Assembly (NCBI RefSeq): GCF_024298765.1
Contig: NZ_CP101210.1
DNA length: 64,000 bases
DNA from: Escherichia coli
GTDB taxonomy: Bacteria; Pseudomonadota; Gammaproteobacteria; Enterobacterales; Enterobacteriaceae
Strand: one strand, 5' to 3'
Shown: positions 23,330 to 33,318 of the stretch, piece after piece
Position numbering within the stretch: the first letter of the stretch is position 1
Layout: each line of letters opens with the position of its first letter
The notes under the pieces: generated by a model
What the model was told of the DNA's origin: nothing
What the model saw: the letters and a program-made list of their open reading frames with translations, nothing else
Databases searched by the model: none
Program-made: the position numbers and the translations under genes

Positions 23330-23535
23330 CGACAACGGTTGCCGGATGCGGCGTAAAACGCCTTATCCATCCTACGGTTCCGTGCTCGGGACCTGTAGGC
23401 CTGATAAGACGCGTCAGCGTCGCATCAGGCACTGAATGCCGGATGCGGCGTGAACGCCTTATCCGGCCTACGGTTCTGTGCTCGGGTCTTGTAGGCCTGA
23501 TAAGACGCGTCAGCGTCGCATCAGGCAAAAAGCGG
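23330..23535. repeat. BIME: about four REP palindromic units in alternating orientation, with an internal ~96-bp tandem duplication
   Basis: Alternating GCCGGATGCGGCGT(A/G)AACGCCTTATCC and GGCCTGATAAGACGCGTCAGCGTCGCATCAGGC units; the long track ORF 23314-24867 reads through them artefactually. Confidence 0.8.
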
Positions 23536-23586
23536 CAACGAACAAAACAAACACAGCCCACCTGGCATCAAATTTATGAGGAAAAA

Positions 23587-24867
23587 ATGAAATTACTTAT
23601 TCTGGGCAACCACACTTGCGGCAATCGTGGCGACAGCGCCATCCTGCGCGGCTTACTTGATGCCATCAACATCCTCAATCCACACGCCGAAGTGGACGTG
23701 ATGAGCCGCTATCCGGTCAGTTCTTCCTGGCTGCTCAACCGCCCGGTAATGGGCGATCCGCTGTTCCTGCAAATGAAACAACACAACAGCGCGGCGGGCG
23801 TTGTCGGGCGCGTTAAAAAAGTCCTCCGTCGCCGCTACCAGCATCAGGTATTGCTCTCACGCGTCACCGACACTGGCAAGCTGCGTAATATCGCCATCGC
23901 CCAGGGATTCACCGACTTCGTGCGCCTGCTGTCAGATTACGACGCCATTATTCAGGTCGGCGGATCGTTTTTTGTCGATCTCTACGGCGTGCCGCAGTTT
24001 GAACATGCACTTTGCACGTTTATGGCGAAAAAGCCGCTGTTTATGATTGGTCACAGCGTCGGTCCCTTCCAGGATGAGCAATTTAACCAACTGGCGAACT
24101 ACGTTTTTGGTCACTGCGACGCGCTGATCCTGCGCGAATCGGTCAGCCTTGATCTGATGAAACGCAGCAATATCACTACCGCAAAAGTGGAACATGGCGT
24201 CGATACCGCGTGGCTGGTCGATCACCACACAGAAGAATTCACCGCCAGCTATGCCGTTCAACACTGGCTGGACGTTGCCGCACAACAGAAAACGGTGGCA
24301 ATTACCCTGCGCGAACTGGCACCGTTCGACAAACGTCTCGGCACCACTCAACAAGCGTATGAAAAAGCCTTTGCCGGGGTGGTCAATCGCATTCTCGACG
24401 AAGGCTATCAGGTTATTGCGCTCTCCACCTGTACGGGCATCGACAGCTATAATAAAGACGACCGCATGGTGGCGCTCAATCTTCGCCAGCACATCAGCGA
24501 TCCTGCCCGTTACCACGTGGTGATGGATGAACTCAACGATCTGGAAATGGGCAAAATTCTCGGAGCCTGTCAACTCACCGTCGGTACGCGTCTGCACTCA
24601 GCCATTATCTCGATGAATTTCTCCACTCCGGCAATTGCCATCAACTACGAACATAAATCCGCCGGGATTATGCAGCAGCTGGGGCTGCCAGAGATGGCGA
24701 TCGATATCCGTCATTTATTAGATGGCAGCCTGCAAGCGATGGTTGCGGATACCTTAGGCCAGCTTCCGGCGCTGAACGCACGACTTAGCGAAGCCGTCAG
24801 TCGCGAACGTCAGACGGGAATGCAGATGGTGCAATCTGTGCTTGAGCGCATCGGGGAGGTGAAATGA
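23587..24867 (+). CDS. wcaK: Colanic acid pyruvyl transferase
   Basis: Start taken at MKLLILGNH (426 aa) downstream of the REP cluster; synteny. Confidence 0.9.
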   Translation: MKLLILGNHTCGNRGDSAILRGLLDAINILNPHAEVDVMSRYPVSSSWLLNRPVMGDPLFLQMKQHNSAAGVVGRVKKVLRRRYQHQVLLSRVTDTGKLRNIAIAQGFTDFVRLLSDYDAIIQVGGSFFVDLYGVPQFEHALCTFMAKKPLFMIGHSVGPFQDEQFNQLANYVFGHCDALILRESVSLDLMKRSNITTAKVEHGVDTAWLVDHHTEEFTASYAVQHWLDVAAQQKTVAITLRELAPFDKRLGTTQQAYEKAFAGVVNRILDEGYQVIALSTCTGIDSYNKDDRMVALNLRQHISDPARYHVVMDELNDLEMGKILGACQLTVGTRLHSAIISMNFSTPAIAINYEHKSAGIMQQLGLPEMAIDIRHLLDGSLQAMVADTLGQLPALNARLSEAVSRERQTGMQMVQSVLERIGEVK

Positions 24868-26084
24868 AGGTCGGTTTCTTCTTATTGAAATTTCCGCTGT
24901 CGTCAGAAACCTTCGTTCTTAACCAAATCACTGCGTTTATTGATATGGGCTTTGAAGTGGAGATTGTCGCGTTGCAAAAAGGCGATACAGAGAACACCCA
25001 CGCGGCTTGGACGAAATACAACCTTGCTGCCAGAACCCGCTGGTTACAGGACGAACCTACGGGCAAAGTGGCGAAACTGCGCCACCGCGCCAGCCAGACC
25101 TTACGCGGCATTCATCGTAAAAATACCTGGCAGGCGCTCAACCTCAAACGCTATGGTGCCGAGTCGCGGAACCTGATTTTGTCTGCCATTTGCGGCCAGG
25201 TCGCAACCCCGTTTCATGCCGATGTGTTCATCGCTCATTTTGGACCTGCGGGGGTAACCGCAGCAAAACTACGGGAACTGGGTGTCATTCGCGGCAAAAT
25301 TGCCACCATTTTCCACGGCATTGATATCTCCAGTCGGGAAGTGCTCAACCGCTACACCCCCGAATATCAACAACTGTTTCGCCGTGGCGACCTGATGCTA
25401 CCGATAAGCGATCTGTGGGCCGGAAGGCTGCAAAAAATGGGCTGCCCGAGGGAAAAAATCGCCGTATCGCGTATGGGTGTGGACATGACGCGCTTTAGCC
25501 CGCGTCCGGTGAAAGCGCCTGCAACGCCGCTGGAAATCATTTCCGTCGCACGCTTAACCGAGAAAAAAGGCCTGCATGTGGCGATCGAAGCCTGCCGTCA
25601 GTTGAAAGAGCAGGGTGTGGCATTTCGCTATCGCATCCTCGGCATTGGCCCGTGGGAACGACGCTTGCGCACGCTCATCGAACAATATCAACTGGAAGAT
25701 GTGGTGGAGATGCCGGGCTTTAAACCGAGCCATGAAGTGAAGGCGATGCTCGACGACGCGGATGTCTTCCTCCTGCCATCGGTAACGGGCGCGGACGGTG
25801 ATATGGAAGGTATTCCGGTGGCGCTGATGGAAGCGATGGCGGTCGGCATTCCGGTGGTTTCTACTCTGCATAGCGGAATACCAGAGCTGGTCGAGGCCGA
25901 TAAATCCGGCTGGCTGGTGCCTGAGAACGATGCTCGCGCACTGGCGCAACGACTGGCGGCGTTTAGCCAACTGGACACTGACGAACTGGCTCCGGTTATC
26001 AAACGTGCTCGCGAAAAAGTCGAACACGATTTTAACCAGCAGGTGATCAATCGAGAACTCGCCAGCTTGCTGCAAGCTTTATAG
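24864..26084 (+). CDS. wcaL: Colanic acid glycosyltransferase (GT4)
   Basis: 406 aa; 4-bp overlap with wcaK; GT-B type. Confidence 0.9.
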   Translation: MKVGFFLLKFPLSSETFVLNQITAFIDMGFEVEIVALQKGDTENTHAAWTKYNLAARTRWLQDEPTGKVAKLRHRASQTLRGIHRKNTWQALNLKRYGAESRNLILSAICGQVATPFHADVFIAHFGPAGVTAAKLRELGVIRGKIATIFHGIDISSREVLNRYTPEYQQLFRRGDLMLPISDLWAGRLQKMGCPREKIAVSRMGVDMTRFSPRPVKAPATPLEIISVARLTEKKGLHVAIEACRQLKEQGVAFRYRILGIGPWERRLRTLIEQYQLEDVVEMPGFKPSHEVKAMLDDADVFLLPSVTGADGDMEGIPVALMEAMAVGIPVVSTLHSGIPELVEADKSGWLVPENDARALAQRLAAFSQLDTDELAPVIKRAREKVEHDFNQQVINRELASLLQAL

Positions 26085-26094
26085 AGGAGAACGC

Positions 26095-27489
26095 ATGCCA
26101 TTTAAAACACTCTCCCGACGCACCTTCCTGACGGCAAGCTCGGCGCTTGCCTTCCTCCATACCCCTTTCGCTCGCGCACTTCCCGCCCGACAAAGCGTTA
26201 ACATTAACGACTACAACCCACACGACTGGATCGCCTCATTTAAACAAGCCTTCAGCGAAGGGCGAACGGTCGTCGTGCCTGCCGGATTGGTTTGTGACAA
26301 TATCAACACCGGCATCTTCATTCCTCCCGGCAAAACGTTACACATCCTTGGAAGCCTGCGCGGCAATGGCAGAGGGCGATTTGTCTTACAGGACGGCAGC
26401 CAGGTGACAGGGGAGGAGGGCGGCAGTATGCATAACATCACCCTGGATGTGCGTGGCTCTGACTGCACCATCAAAGGGCTGACGATGAGCGGCTTTGGTC
26501 CGGTAACGCAGATTTATATCGGCGGCAAAAACAAACGAGTAATGCGTAACCTCTCCATCGATAACCTGACCGTTAGCCACGCTAATTACGCCATCTTACG
26601 CCAGGGATTTCATAACCAGATTATCGGTGCCAACATCACCAACTGTAAATTTAGTGATTTACAGGGCGACGCCATTGAATGGAACGTGGCGATTAACGAC
26701 CGTGATATTTTGATATCTGACCATGTCATCGAGCGCATCAACTGTACCAACGGCAAAATCAACTGGGGTATCGGCATAGGCCTTGCGGGAAGTACCTACG
26801 ATAATAACTACCCGGAAGACCAGGCAGTGAAAAACTTTGTCGTGGCGAATATCACGGGATCGGATTGTCGGCAGTTGATCCATGTTGAAAATGGTAAACA
26901 TTTTGTTATTCGTAATATCAAAGCCCGCAATATCACGCCGGATTTCAGTAAGAAAGCAGGTATTGATAACGCGACGGTCGCTATTTACGGTTGTGACAAT
27001 TTCGTGATTGATAATATTGAAATGATTAATAGCGCCGGAATGTTAATCGGCTATGGGGTAATTAAAGGCACATATCTCTCGATACCGCAAAATTTCCGAG
27101 TGAATAATATTCAACTGGATAATACCCACCTTGCTTACAAATTGCGCGGCATCCAAATCTCTGCCGGGAATGCCGTCTCCTTTGTGGCACTGACTAACAT
27201 TGAGATGAAGCGTGCGTCGCTGGAGTTACACAACAAACCGCAACATCTTTTTATGCGAAATATCAAGGTGATGCAGGAATCCTCAGTTGGACCCGCATTG
27301 AGCATGAACTTTGACATGCGCAAAGACGTTCGCGGCGTATTTATGGCGAAAAAAGAAACACTACTGTCTCTTGCAAATGTTCATGCGGTGAATGAAAAAG
27401 GGCAAAGCTCCGTCGATATCGACAGGATTAATCACCATATTGTTAATGTGGAAAAGATTAACTTTAGATTGCCGGAACGGAGGGAGTAG
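26095..27489 (+). CDS. wcaM: Colanic acid biosynthesis protein WcaM (signal peptide, predicted beta-helix)
   Basis: 464 aa; N-terminal Tat-like signal [13 protein letters not shown]; last gene of the wca cluster. Confidence 0.9.
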   Translation: MPFKTLSRRTFLTASSALAFLHTPFARALPARQSVNINDYNPHDWIASFKQAFSEGRTVVVPAGLVCDNINTGIFIPPGKTLHILGSLRGNGRGRFVLQDGSQVTGEEGGSMHNITLDVRGSDCTIKGLTMSGFGPVTQIYIGGKNKRVMRNLSIDNLTVSHANYAILRQGFHNQIIGANITNCKFSDLQGDAIEWNVAINDRDILISDHVIERINCTNGKINWGIGIGLAGSTYDNNYPEDQAVKNFVVANITGSDCRQLIHVENGKHFVIRNIKARNITPDFSKKAGIDNATVAIYGCDNFVIDNIEMINSAGMLIGYGVIKGTYLSIPQNFRVNNIQLDNTHLAYKLRGIQISAGNAVSFVALTNIEMKRASLELHNKPQHLFMRNIKVMQESSVGPALSMNFDMRKDVRGVFMAKKETLLSLANVHAVNEKGQSSVDIDRINHHIVNVEKINFRLPERRE

Positions 27490-27646
27490 ATTTGCGACCA
27501 TTCATAAACTTACTGGATATAATGTTCTAAAAGATTATAATCCTCACACTAACTGTTAAAGCTGGGGCTGGGCAGCATTGACTACTCAGGGAAGGTACTC
27601 ATCTTTATCTTGTGTTTCTTACGTAACAACCAGACTAAAGTGATTT

Positions 27647-28642
27647 ATGAACGATAACGTTTTGCTCATAGGAGCTTCCGGATTCGTAGGAACCCGACTA
27701 CTTGAAACGGCAATTGCTGACTTTAATATCAAGAACCTGGACAAACAGCAGAGCCACTTTTATCCAGAAATCACACAGATTGGCGATGTTCGCGATCAAC
27801 AGGCACTCGACCAGGCATTAGTTGGTTTTGACACTGTTGTACTACTGGCAGCGGAACACCGCGATGACGTCAGCCCTACTTCTCTCTATTATGATGTCAA
27901 CGTTCAGGGTACCCGCAATGTGCTGGCGGCCATGGAAAAAAATGGCGTTAAAAATATCATCTTTACCAGTTCCGTTGCTGTTTATGGTTTGAACAAACAT
28001 AACCCTGACGAAAACCATCCACACGACCCTTTCAACCACTACGGCAAAAGTAAGTGGCAGGCAGAGGAAGTGCTGCGTGAATGGTATAACAAAGCACCAA
28101 CAGAACGTTCATTAACCATCATCCGTCCTACCGTTATCTTCGGTGAACGCAACCGCGGTAACGTCTATAACTTGCTGAAACAGATCGCTGGCGGCAAGTT
28201 TATGATGGTGGGCGCAGGGACTAACTATAAGTCCATGGCTTATGTTGGAAACATTGTTGAGTTTATCAAGTACAAACTGAAGAATGTTGCCGCAGGTTAT
28301 GAGGTTTATAACTACGTTGATAAGCCAGACCTGAACATGAACCAGTTGGTTGCTGAAGTTGAACAAAGTCTGAACAAAAAGATCCCTTCTATGCACTTGC
28401 CTTACCCACTAGGAATGCTGGGTGGATATTGCTTTGATATCCTGAGCAAAATTACGGGCAAAAAATACGCTGTCAGCTCTGTGCGCGTGAAAAAGTTCTG
28501 CGCAACTACACAGTTTGACGCAACGAAAGTGCATTCGTCAGGTTTTGTTGCACCGTATACGCTGTCGCAAGGTCTGGATCGAACTCTGCAGTATGAATTC
28601 GTCCATGCCAAAAAAGACGACATAACGTTTGTTTCTGAGTAA
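27647..28642 (+). CDS. gne: NAD-dependent UDP-N-acetylhexosamine 4-epimerase (Gne-like SDR)
   Basis: 331 aa; Rossmann GASGFVGTRL; sits between wcaM and galF where some E. coli lineages carry gne. Confidence 0.8.
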   Translation: MNDNVLLIGASGFVGTRLLETAIADFNIKNLDKQQSHFYPEITQIGDVRDQQALDQALVGFDTVVLLAAEHRDDVSPTSLYYDVNVQGTRNVLAAMEKNGVKNIIFTSSVAVYGLNKHNPDENHPHDPFNHYGKSKWQAEEVLREWYNKAPTERSLTIIRPTVIFGERNRGNVYNLLKQIAGGKFMMVGAGTNYKSMAYVGNIVEFIKYKLKNVAAGYEVYNYVDKPDLNMNQLVAEVEQSLNKKIPSMHLPYPLGMLGGYCFDILSKITGKKYAVSSVRVKKFCATTQFDATKVHSSGFVAPYTLSQGLDRTLQYEFVHAKKDDITFVSE

Positions 28643-28884
28643 TGCAGACGAGTCAGAGAAAAAAGGACTAGGTTGGACTACGATTATTCGGAAAGAGGTA
28701 CTGATTAAATTATCAGTATGTGGATTTCCGAGTAATCCGAGTAACCCAGATGCTGATGGTGTGTAGTGTTATCGTAAGGTTTAAGCAAAGTTATGCGGAA
28801 CTAAGCTTTGGTATATAGCCATAACGTTTGGCTAACCTATGGCAATAATTTACGCACTATCAGCCACTTAGAGGTAGGAAAAGA

Positions 28885-29778
28885 ATGACGAATTTAAAAG
28901 CAGTTATACCGGTAGCAGGTCTTGGGATGCATATGTTGCCTGCCACTAAGGCGATTCCCAAAGAGATGCTACCGATCGTCGACAAGCCAATGATTCAGTA
29001 CATTGTTGACGAGATTGTGGCTGCAGGGATCAAAGAAATCCTCCTGGTAACTCATGCGTCCAAGAACGCGGTCGAAAACCACTTCGACACCTCTTATGAA
29101 TTAGAATCTCTCCTTGAACAGCGCGTGAAGCGTCAGCTGCTGGCGGAAGTGCAGTCCATCTGTCCGCCTGGCGTGACCATTATGAACGTGCGTCAGGGTG
29201 AACCTTTAGGTTTGGGCCACTCCATTTTATGTGCACGACCCGCCATTGGTGACAACCCATTTGTCGTGGTGCTGCCAGACGTTGTGATCGATGACGCCAG
29301 CGCCGACCCGCTGCGCTACAACCTTGCTGCCATGATTGCGCGCTTCAACGAAACGGGCCGCAGCCAGGTGCTGGCAAAACGTATGCCGGGTGACCTCTCT
29401 GAATACTCCGTCATTCAGACCAAAGAACCGCTGGACCGTGAAGGCAAAGTCAGCCGCATTGTTGAATTTATCGAAAAACCGGATCAGCCGCAGACGCTGG
29501 ACTCAGACATCATGGCCGTAGGTCGTTATGTGCTTTCTGCTGATATTTGGCCGGAACTGGAACGTACTCAGCCTGGTGCATGGGGGCGTATTCAGCTTAC
29601 TGATGCTATTGCCGAACTGGCGAAAAAACAGTCCGTTGATGCCATGCTGATGACTGGAGACAGCTACGACTGCGGTAAAAAAATGGGCTATATGCAGGCG
29701 TTTGTGAAGTATGGGCTGCGCAACCTGAAAGAAGGGGCGAAGTTCCGCAAAGGTATTGAGAAGGTGTTAAGTGAATAA
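28885..29778 (+). CDS. galF: UTP-glucose-1-phosphate uridylyltransferase paralogue (GalU-like regulatory subunit)
   Basis: 297 aa; nucleotidyltransferase motif [25 protein letters not shown]. Confidence 0.95.
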   Translation: MTNLKAVIPVAGLGMHMLPATKAIPKEMLPIVDKPMIQYIVDEIVAAGIKEILLVTHASKNAVENHFDTSYELESLLEQRVKRQLLAEVQSICPPGVTIMNVRQGEPLGLGHSILCARPAIGDNPFVVVLPDVVIDDASADPLRYNLAAMIARFNETGRSQVLAKRMPGDLSEYSVIQTKEPLDREGKVSRIVEFIEKPDQPQTLDSDIMAVGRYVLSADIWPELERTQPGAWGRIQLTDAIAELAKKQSVDAMLMTGDSYDCGKKMGYMQAFVKYGLRNLKEGAKFRKGIEKVLSE

Positions 29779-30011
29779 AAATTGATCATCCATATATGGT
29801 GGATTGAATAAAAATAGAACTGCAGTGAACATTCAAAAGAAAAGATGATTACGTTATAAGAATGTTCCTGTCTTTTATTGAAAGTATTTAATAACAATAA
29901 GTTACAGCATGTATCGCTCGTACATAGATTTTCCTTGTATTTGACTTCGTTTGATTAGACTATTGGAAAATAGTGAAAAGTATTAAATAATTAGTACCTA
30001 TGATTCATTTT

Positions 30012-30050
30012 CAGTGAGTTGGTAACTGTTAAGCCAAGGGCGGTAGCGTG
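30012..30050 (+). promoter_or_regulatory. JUMPstart element with ops (GGCGGTAGCGTG, 30039-30050) in O-antigen operon leader
   Basis: cagtgagttggtaactgttaagccaagggcggtagcgtg; same 39-bp architecture as the wza leader copy. Confidence 0.85.
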
Positions 30051-30085
30051 TGTTTTGATCCTACCCACGTAATATGGACACAGGC

Positions 30086-30841
30086 CTAAGCGAGGTTCTG
30101 GTTTTCAAATTGTTCCGGACTGAGGCCGCCACACCAACTGTGCCGCCGCCACCGATTGTAATCACATTCGATATAATTAAACACCGTTGCCCGCATTATT
30201 TCCCGGCTGATAAAGTGTTCTCCATGGATACATTCCACTTTCAGCGAATGAAAGAAGCTTTCCACGCAGGCATTATCGTAGCAGCAACCTTTTGCGCTCA
30301 TACTTCCACGCAGATTATGCCGCTTCAGTTGCGCCGTCATGCGTGGCGACATTGACCAGCCAATAACGGCACGTGACCACAGGTCAATGACCACTGCCAG
30401 ATACAGCCAGCCTTCATCTGTACGTAAGTACGTGATGTCTCCTGCCCACTTCTGGTTCGGGCCACTGGCGTAAAAATCCTGCTCCAACAGATTTTCTGAC
30501 ACAGGCAGGCCGTGTGCGCGGTAGCTGACCGGGCTGAACTTCCGGGAGGCCTTTGCCCTCAGTCCCTGACGGCGCAGGCTTGCCGCCACGGTTTTTACGT
30601 TAAAGGGGTAACCCTGAGCACGCAGTTCATCCGTCAGGCGTGGGGCACCGTAACGCTGTTTTGACCGGGTAAAAGCCGCGAGGACAACGCTGTCGCAGTG
30701 TTGGCGGAACTGCTGACGCGTGCTTATCCTTGTCCGCCGCTGACACCACGTATACCAGCCGCTGCGGGCCACCCGGAGCACGCGGCACATTGCTTTGATG
30801 CTGAACTCAGCCTGATGTTTTTCAATAAAGACATACTTCAT
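30086..30841 (-). pseudogene. insF: IS3 OrfB transposase catalytic domain, apparently truncated by in-frame internal deletion (251 aa versus recalled 288 aa)
   Basis: [19 protein letters not shown]...; junction PRMTAQL|KRHNLRG at about 30326/30327; recalled intact OrfB has about 37 extra residues here including HTDRGGQY. Confidence 0.7.
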
Positions 30842-31146
30842 TTCAGGCGCTTCGCGAAGTATGTCGCGGCCTTTTGGAGGATAGCCAGCTCTTCATCCCG
30901 TTCTGCCAGCTGGCGTTTGAGACGTGCAATCTCGGTAGACATCTCCAGTTCACGTTCAGAAGACGTCTGCTGATTTTGCTGTTTACTGCGCCAGTTGTAG
31001 AGCTGTGATTCATACAGGCTGAGTTCACGGGCTGCGGCAGTAACACCGATGCGTTCAGCAAGCTTCAGGGCTTCACTGCGAAATTCAGGCGAATGCTGTT
31101 TACGGGGTTTTTTACTGGTTGATACTGTTTTTGTCATGTGAGTCAC
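30838..31146 (-). CDS. insE: IS3 OrfA (transposase N-terminal HTH protein)
   Basis: 102-aa ORF ...[50 protein letters not shown]...; leucine-zipper-like C-terminus. Confidence 0.9.
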   Translation of the reverse strand: MTHMTKTVSTSKKPRKQHSPEFRSEALKLAERIGVTAAARELSLYESQLYNWRSKQQNQQTSSERELEMSTEIARLKRQLAERDEELAILQKAATYFAKRLK

Positions 31147-31237
31147 CTCTGACTGAGAGTTTACTCACTTAGCCGCGTGTCCACTATTGCTGGGTAAGAT
31201 CATTTTTCTCTCAATCCTCATGATAAAGGAGGTTTAT

Positions 31238-32257
31238 ATGGTGATTTTCGTAACAGGCGGTGCAGGATATATTGGATCCCATACCATACTTGAGTTACTT
31301 AATAATGGTCATGATGCCGTTTCGATAGATAATTTTGCCAATTCCTCTATAGAATCATTAAAAAGAGTAGAGCAAATAACTAATAAGAAAATTATTTCTT
31401 ATCAAGGTGATATCCGTGATAAAAATCTACTTGATGAGATTTTTTCAAGACATCATATCGATGCTGTAATTCATTTTGCATCGTTAAAATCTGTAGGTGA
31501 GTCAAAGTTAAAGCCCTTAGAGTATTATTCTAATAATGTTGGTGGAACTTTAGTATTACTTGAATGCATGAAGAGATATAACATTAATAAAATGATATTT
31601 AGCTCTTCTGCTACTGTTTATGGGAATAACAGTATCCCTCCCCATACGGAAGATAGACGAATTGGTGAAACTACAAACCCATATGGGACATCGAAGTTTA
31701 TAATAGAAATGATTTTGAGTGATTATTGTGATAGCGATAATAATAAATCAGTAATTGCACTACGTTATTTTAATCCAATCGGAGCACATAAGTCCGGGAT
31801 GATTGGTGAAAATCCTAACGGGATTCCTAATAATCTGGTTCCTTATATATCTAAAGTTGCACAAAATCAACTTCCTGTATTAAATATTTATGGCAACGAT
31901 TATCCAACTAAAGATGGTACAGGAGTAAGAGACTATATACATGTCTGTGATTTGGCTAAAGGGCATGTTAAAGCATTAGAATATATGTTTTTAAATGATG
32001 TCAATTATGAGGCTTTTAATTTAGGTACTGGTCAAGGTTATTCTGTTTTAGAGATTGTAAAAATGTTTGAGATAGTCACTAAAAAGAGTATACCTTTTGC
32101 TATTTGTAATAGACGTGAGGGGGATGTTGCTGAGTCATGGGCGTCTGCTGATTTGGCACATGAAAAGCTTTCCTGGAAAGCGGAAAAAAAATTGAAAGAA
32201 ATGATCGAAGATGTATGGCGTTGGCAAACAAAAAATCCAAATGGATATAAAAAATAA
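31238..32257 (+). CDS. UDP-hexose 4-epimerase (GalE/Gne family), first O-antigen gene
   Basis: Start at ATG 31238 with AGGAGG RBS (track ORF begins 31187, overlapping the IS end); 339 aa; TGGAGYIGSHT Rossmann, NPYGTSK, YxxxK; AT-rich. Confidence 0.85.
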   Translation: MVIFVTGGAGYIGSHTILELLNNGHDAVSIDNFANSSIESLKRVEQITNKKIISYQGDIRDKNLLDEIFSRHHIDAVIHFASLKSVGESKLKPLEYYSNNVGGTLVLLECMKRYNINKMIFSSSATVYGNNSIPPHTEDRRIGETTNPYGTSKFIIEMILSDYCDSDNNKSVIALRYFNPIGAHKSGMIGENPNGIPNNLVPYISKVAQNQLPVLNIYGNDYPTKDGTGVRDYIHVCDLAKGHVKALEYMFLNDVNYEAFNLGTGQGYSVLEIVKMFEIVTKKSIPFAICNRREGDVAESWASADLAHEKLSWKAEKKLKEMIEDVWRWQTKNPNGYKK

Positions 32258-32275
32258 TTTTTGGAATTTTGATAT

Positions 32276-33292
32276 ATGAAAAATGTTGGTTTTATTGTTA
32301 CAAAATCAGAAATTGGTGGTGCACAAACATGGGTAAATGAAATATCTAACCTTATTAAAGAGGAATGTAATATATTTCTTATTACATCTGAAGAAGGATG
32401 GCTCACACATAAAGATGTCTTTGCTGGAGTTTTTGTCATACCAGGTATTAAAAAATATTTTGACTTCCTTACATTGTTTAAATTGAGAAAAATTTTAAAA
32501 GAAAATAATATTTCAACATTAATAGCAAGTTCTGCTAATGCCGGAGTTTATGCTAGGTTAGTTCGATTACTAGTCGACTTTAAATGTATTTATGTTTCGC
32601 ATGGATGGTCTTGTTTATATAATGGTGGTCGACTAAAATCAATTTTTTGTATTGTGGAGAAATACCTTTCTTTATTAACTGATGTTATATGGTGTGTTTC
32701 CAAAAGTGATGAAAAAAAAGCAATTGAGAAAATTGGTATAAAAGAAACAAAGATAATCACAGTATCGAATTCAGTGCCTCAGATGCCAAGATGTAATAAT
32801 AAACCACTCCAGTATAAAGTTCTGTTTGTTGGTAGGTTAACACACCCTAAGCGCCCCGAATTGTTAGCGAATGTAATATCGAAAAAGCCCCAGTATAGCC
32901 TCCATGTCGTAGGAGGGGGGGAAAGGTTAGAATCATTGAAGAAACAATTCAGTGAATGTGAAAATATTCATTTTATGGGTGAGGTCAATAATTTTTATAA
33001 CTATCATGAGTATGATTTATTTTCACTGATATCCGATAGTGAAGGTTTGCCTATGTCAGGCCTTGAGGCTCACACAGCTGCAATACCACTCCTTTTAAGT
33101 GATGTGGGCGGATGTTTTGAATTAATTGAGGGTAATGGGGTACTTGTGGAAAATACTGAAGACGACATTGGATATAAATTGGATAAAATATTCGATGACT
33201 ATGAAAATTATCGGGAACAGGCAATTCGTGCCTCCGGAAAATTTGTTATCGAGAACTATGCTTCAGCATATAAAAGCATTATTTTAGGTTGA
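32276..33292 (+). CDS. Glycosyltransferase, GT4 family (retaining, GT-B)
   Basis: 338 aa; EX7E-type motif SEGLPMSGLEAHTAAIPLL; AT-rich. Confidence 0.75.
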   Translation: MKNVGFIVTKSEIGGAQTWVNEISNLIKEECNIFLITSEEGWLTHKDVFAGVFVIPGIKKYFDFLTLFKLRKILKENNISTLIASSANAGVYARLVRLLVDFKCIYVSHGWSCLYNGGRLKSIFCIVEKYLSLLTDVIWCVSKSDEKKAIEKIGIKETKIITVSNSVPQMPRCNNKPLQYKVLFVGRLTHPKRPELLANVISKKPQYSLHVVGGGERLESLKKQFSECENIHFMGEVNNFYNYHEYDLFSLISDSEGLPMSGLEAHTAAIPLLLSDVGGCFELIEGNGVLVENTEDDIGYKLDKIFDDYENYREQAIRASGKFVIENYASAYKSIILG

Positions 33293-33318
33293 GTATTTTT
33301 TAGAACAGGAAATGTAAA

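Larger units (their letters stand above)
30056..31202 (-). mobile_element. IS3-family insertion sequence (IS3-like, internally deleted; 1147 bp)
   Basis: Imperfect terminal inverted repeats TGATCCTACCCACGTAATATGGACAC (30056-) and the reverse complement of TGATCTTACCCAGCAATAGTGGACAC (-31202); encodes OrfA and a shortened OrfB; TTT on both flanks. Confidence 0.9.

Noticed and set aside
23330-23535. Possible CRISPR array, from regularly spaced repeats
   Set aside because: The repeats are REP palindromic units in alternating orientation with no unique spacers and no cas genes; none of the other repeats in the window has CRISPR architecture either.
23314-23586. 5' extension of the wcaK track ORF (517 aa) through the REP cluster
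   Set aside because: The extension is a translation of REP palindromes; the plausible start is ATG 23587 (MKLLILGNH), giving a 426-aa product.
27490-28884. Additional JUMPstart/ops elements upstream of gne or galF
   Set aside because: No GGCGGTAG motif found by eye in either spacer; only the wza and O-antigen leaders carry it.
31187-31215. Outward promoter formed by the IS3 end (candidate -35 TTGCTG at 31187-31192)
   Set aside because: No acceptable -10 hexamer at 17-bp spacing (CTCAAT); a hybrid promoter remains possible but is unsupported by sequence alone.
31187-31237. 5' extension of the first O-antigen ORF overlapping the IS3 terminus
   Set aside because: A non-ATG start whose first codons lie in the IS3 inverted repeat; ATG 31238 has a strong AGGAGG RBS 5 nt upstream.
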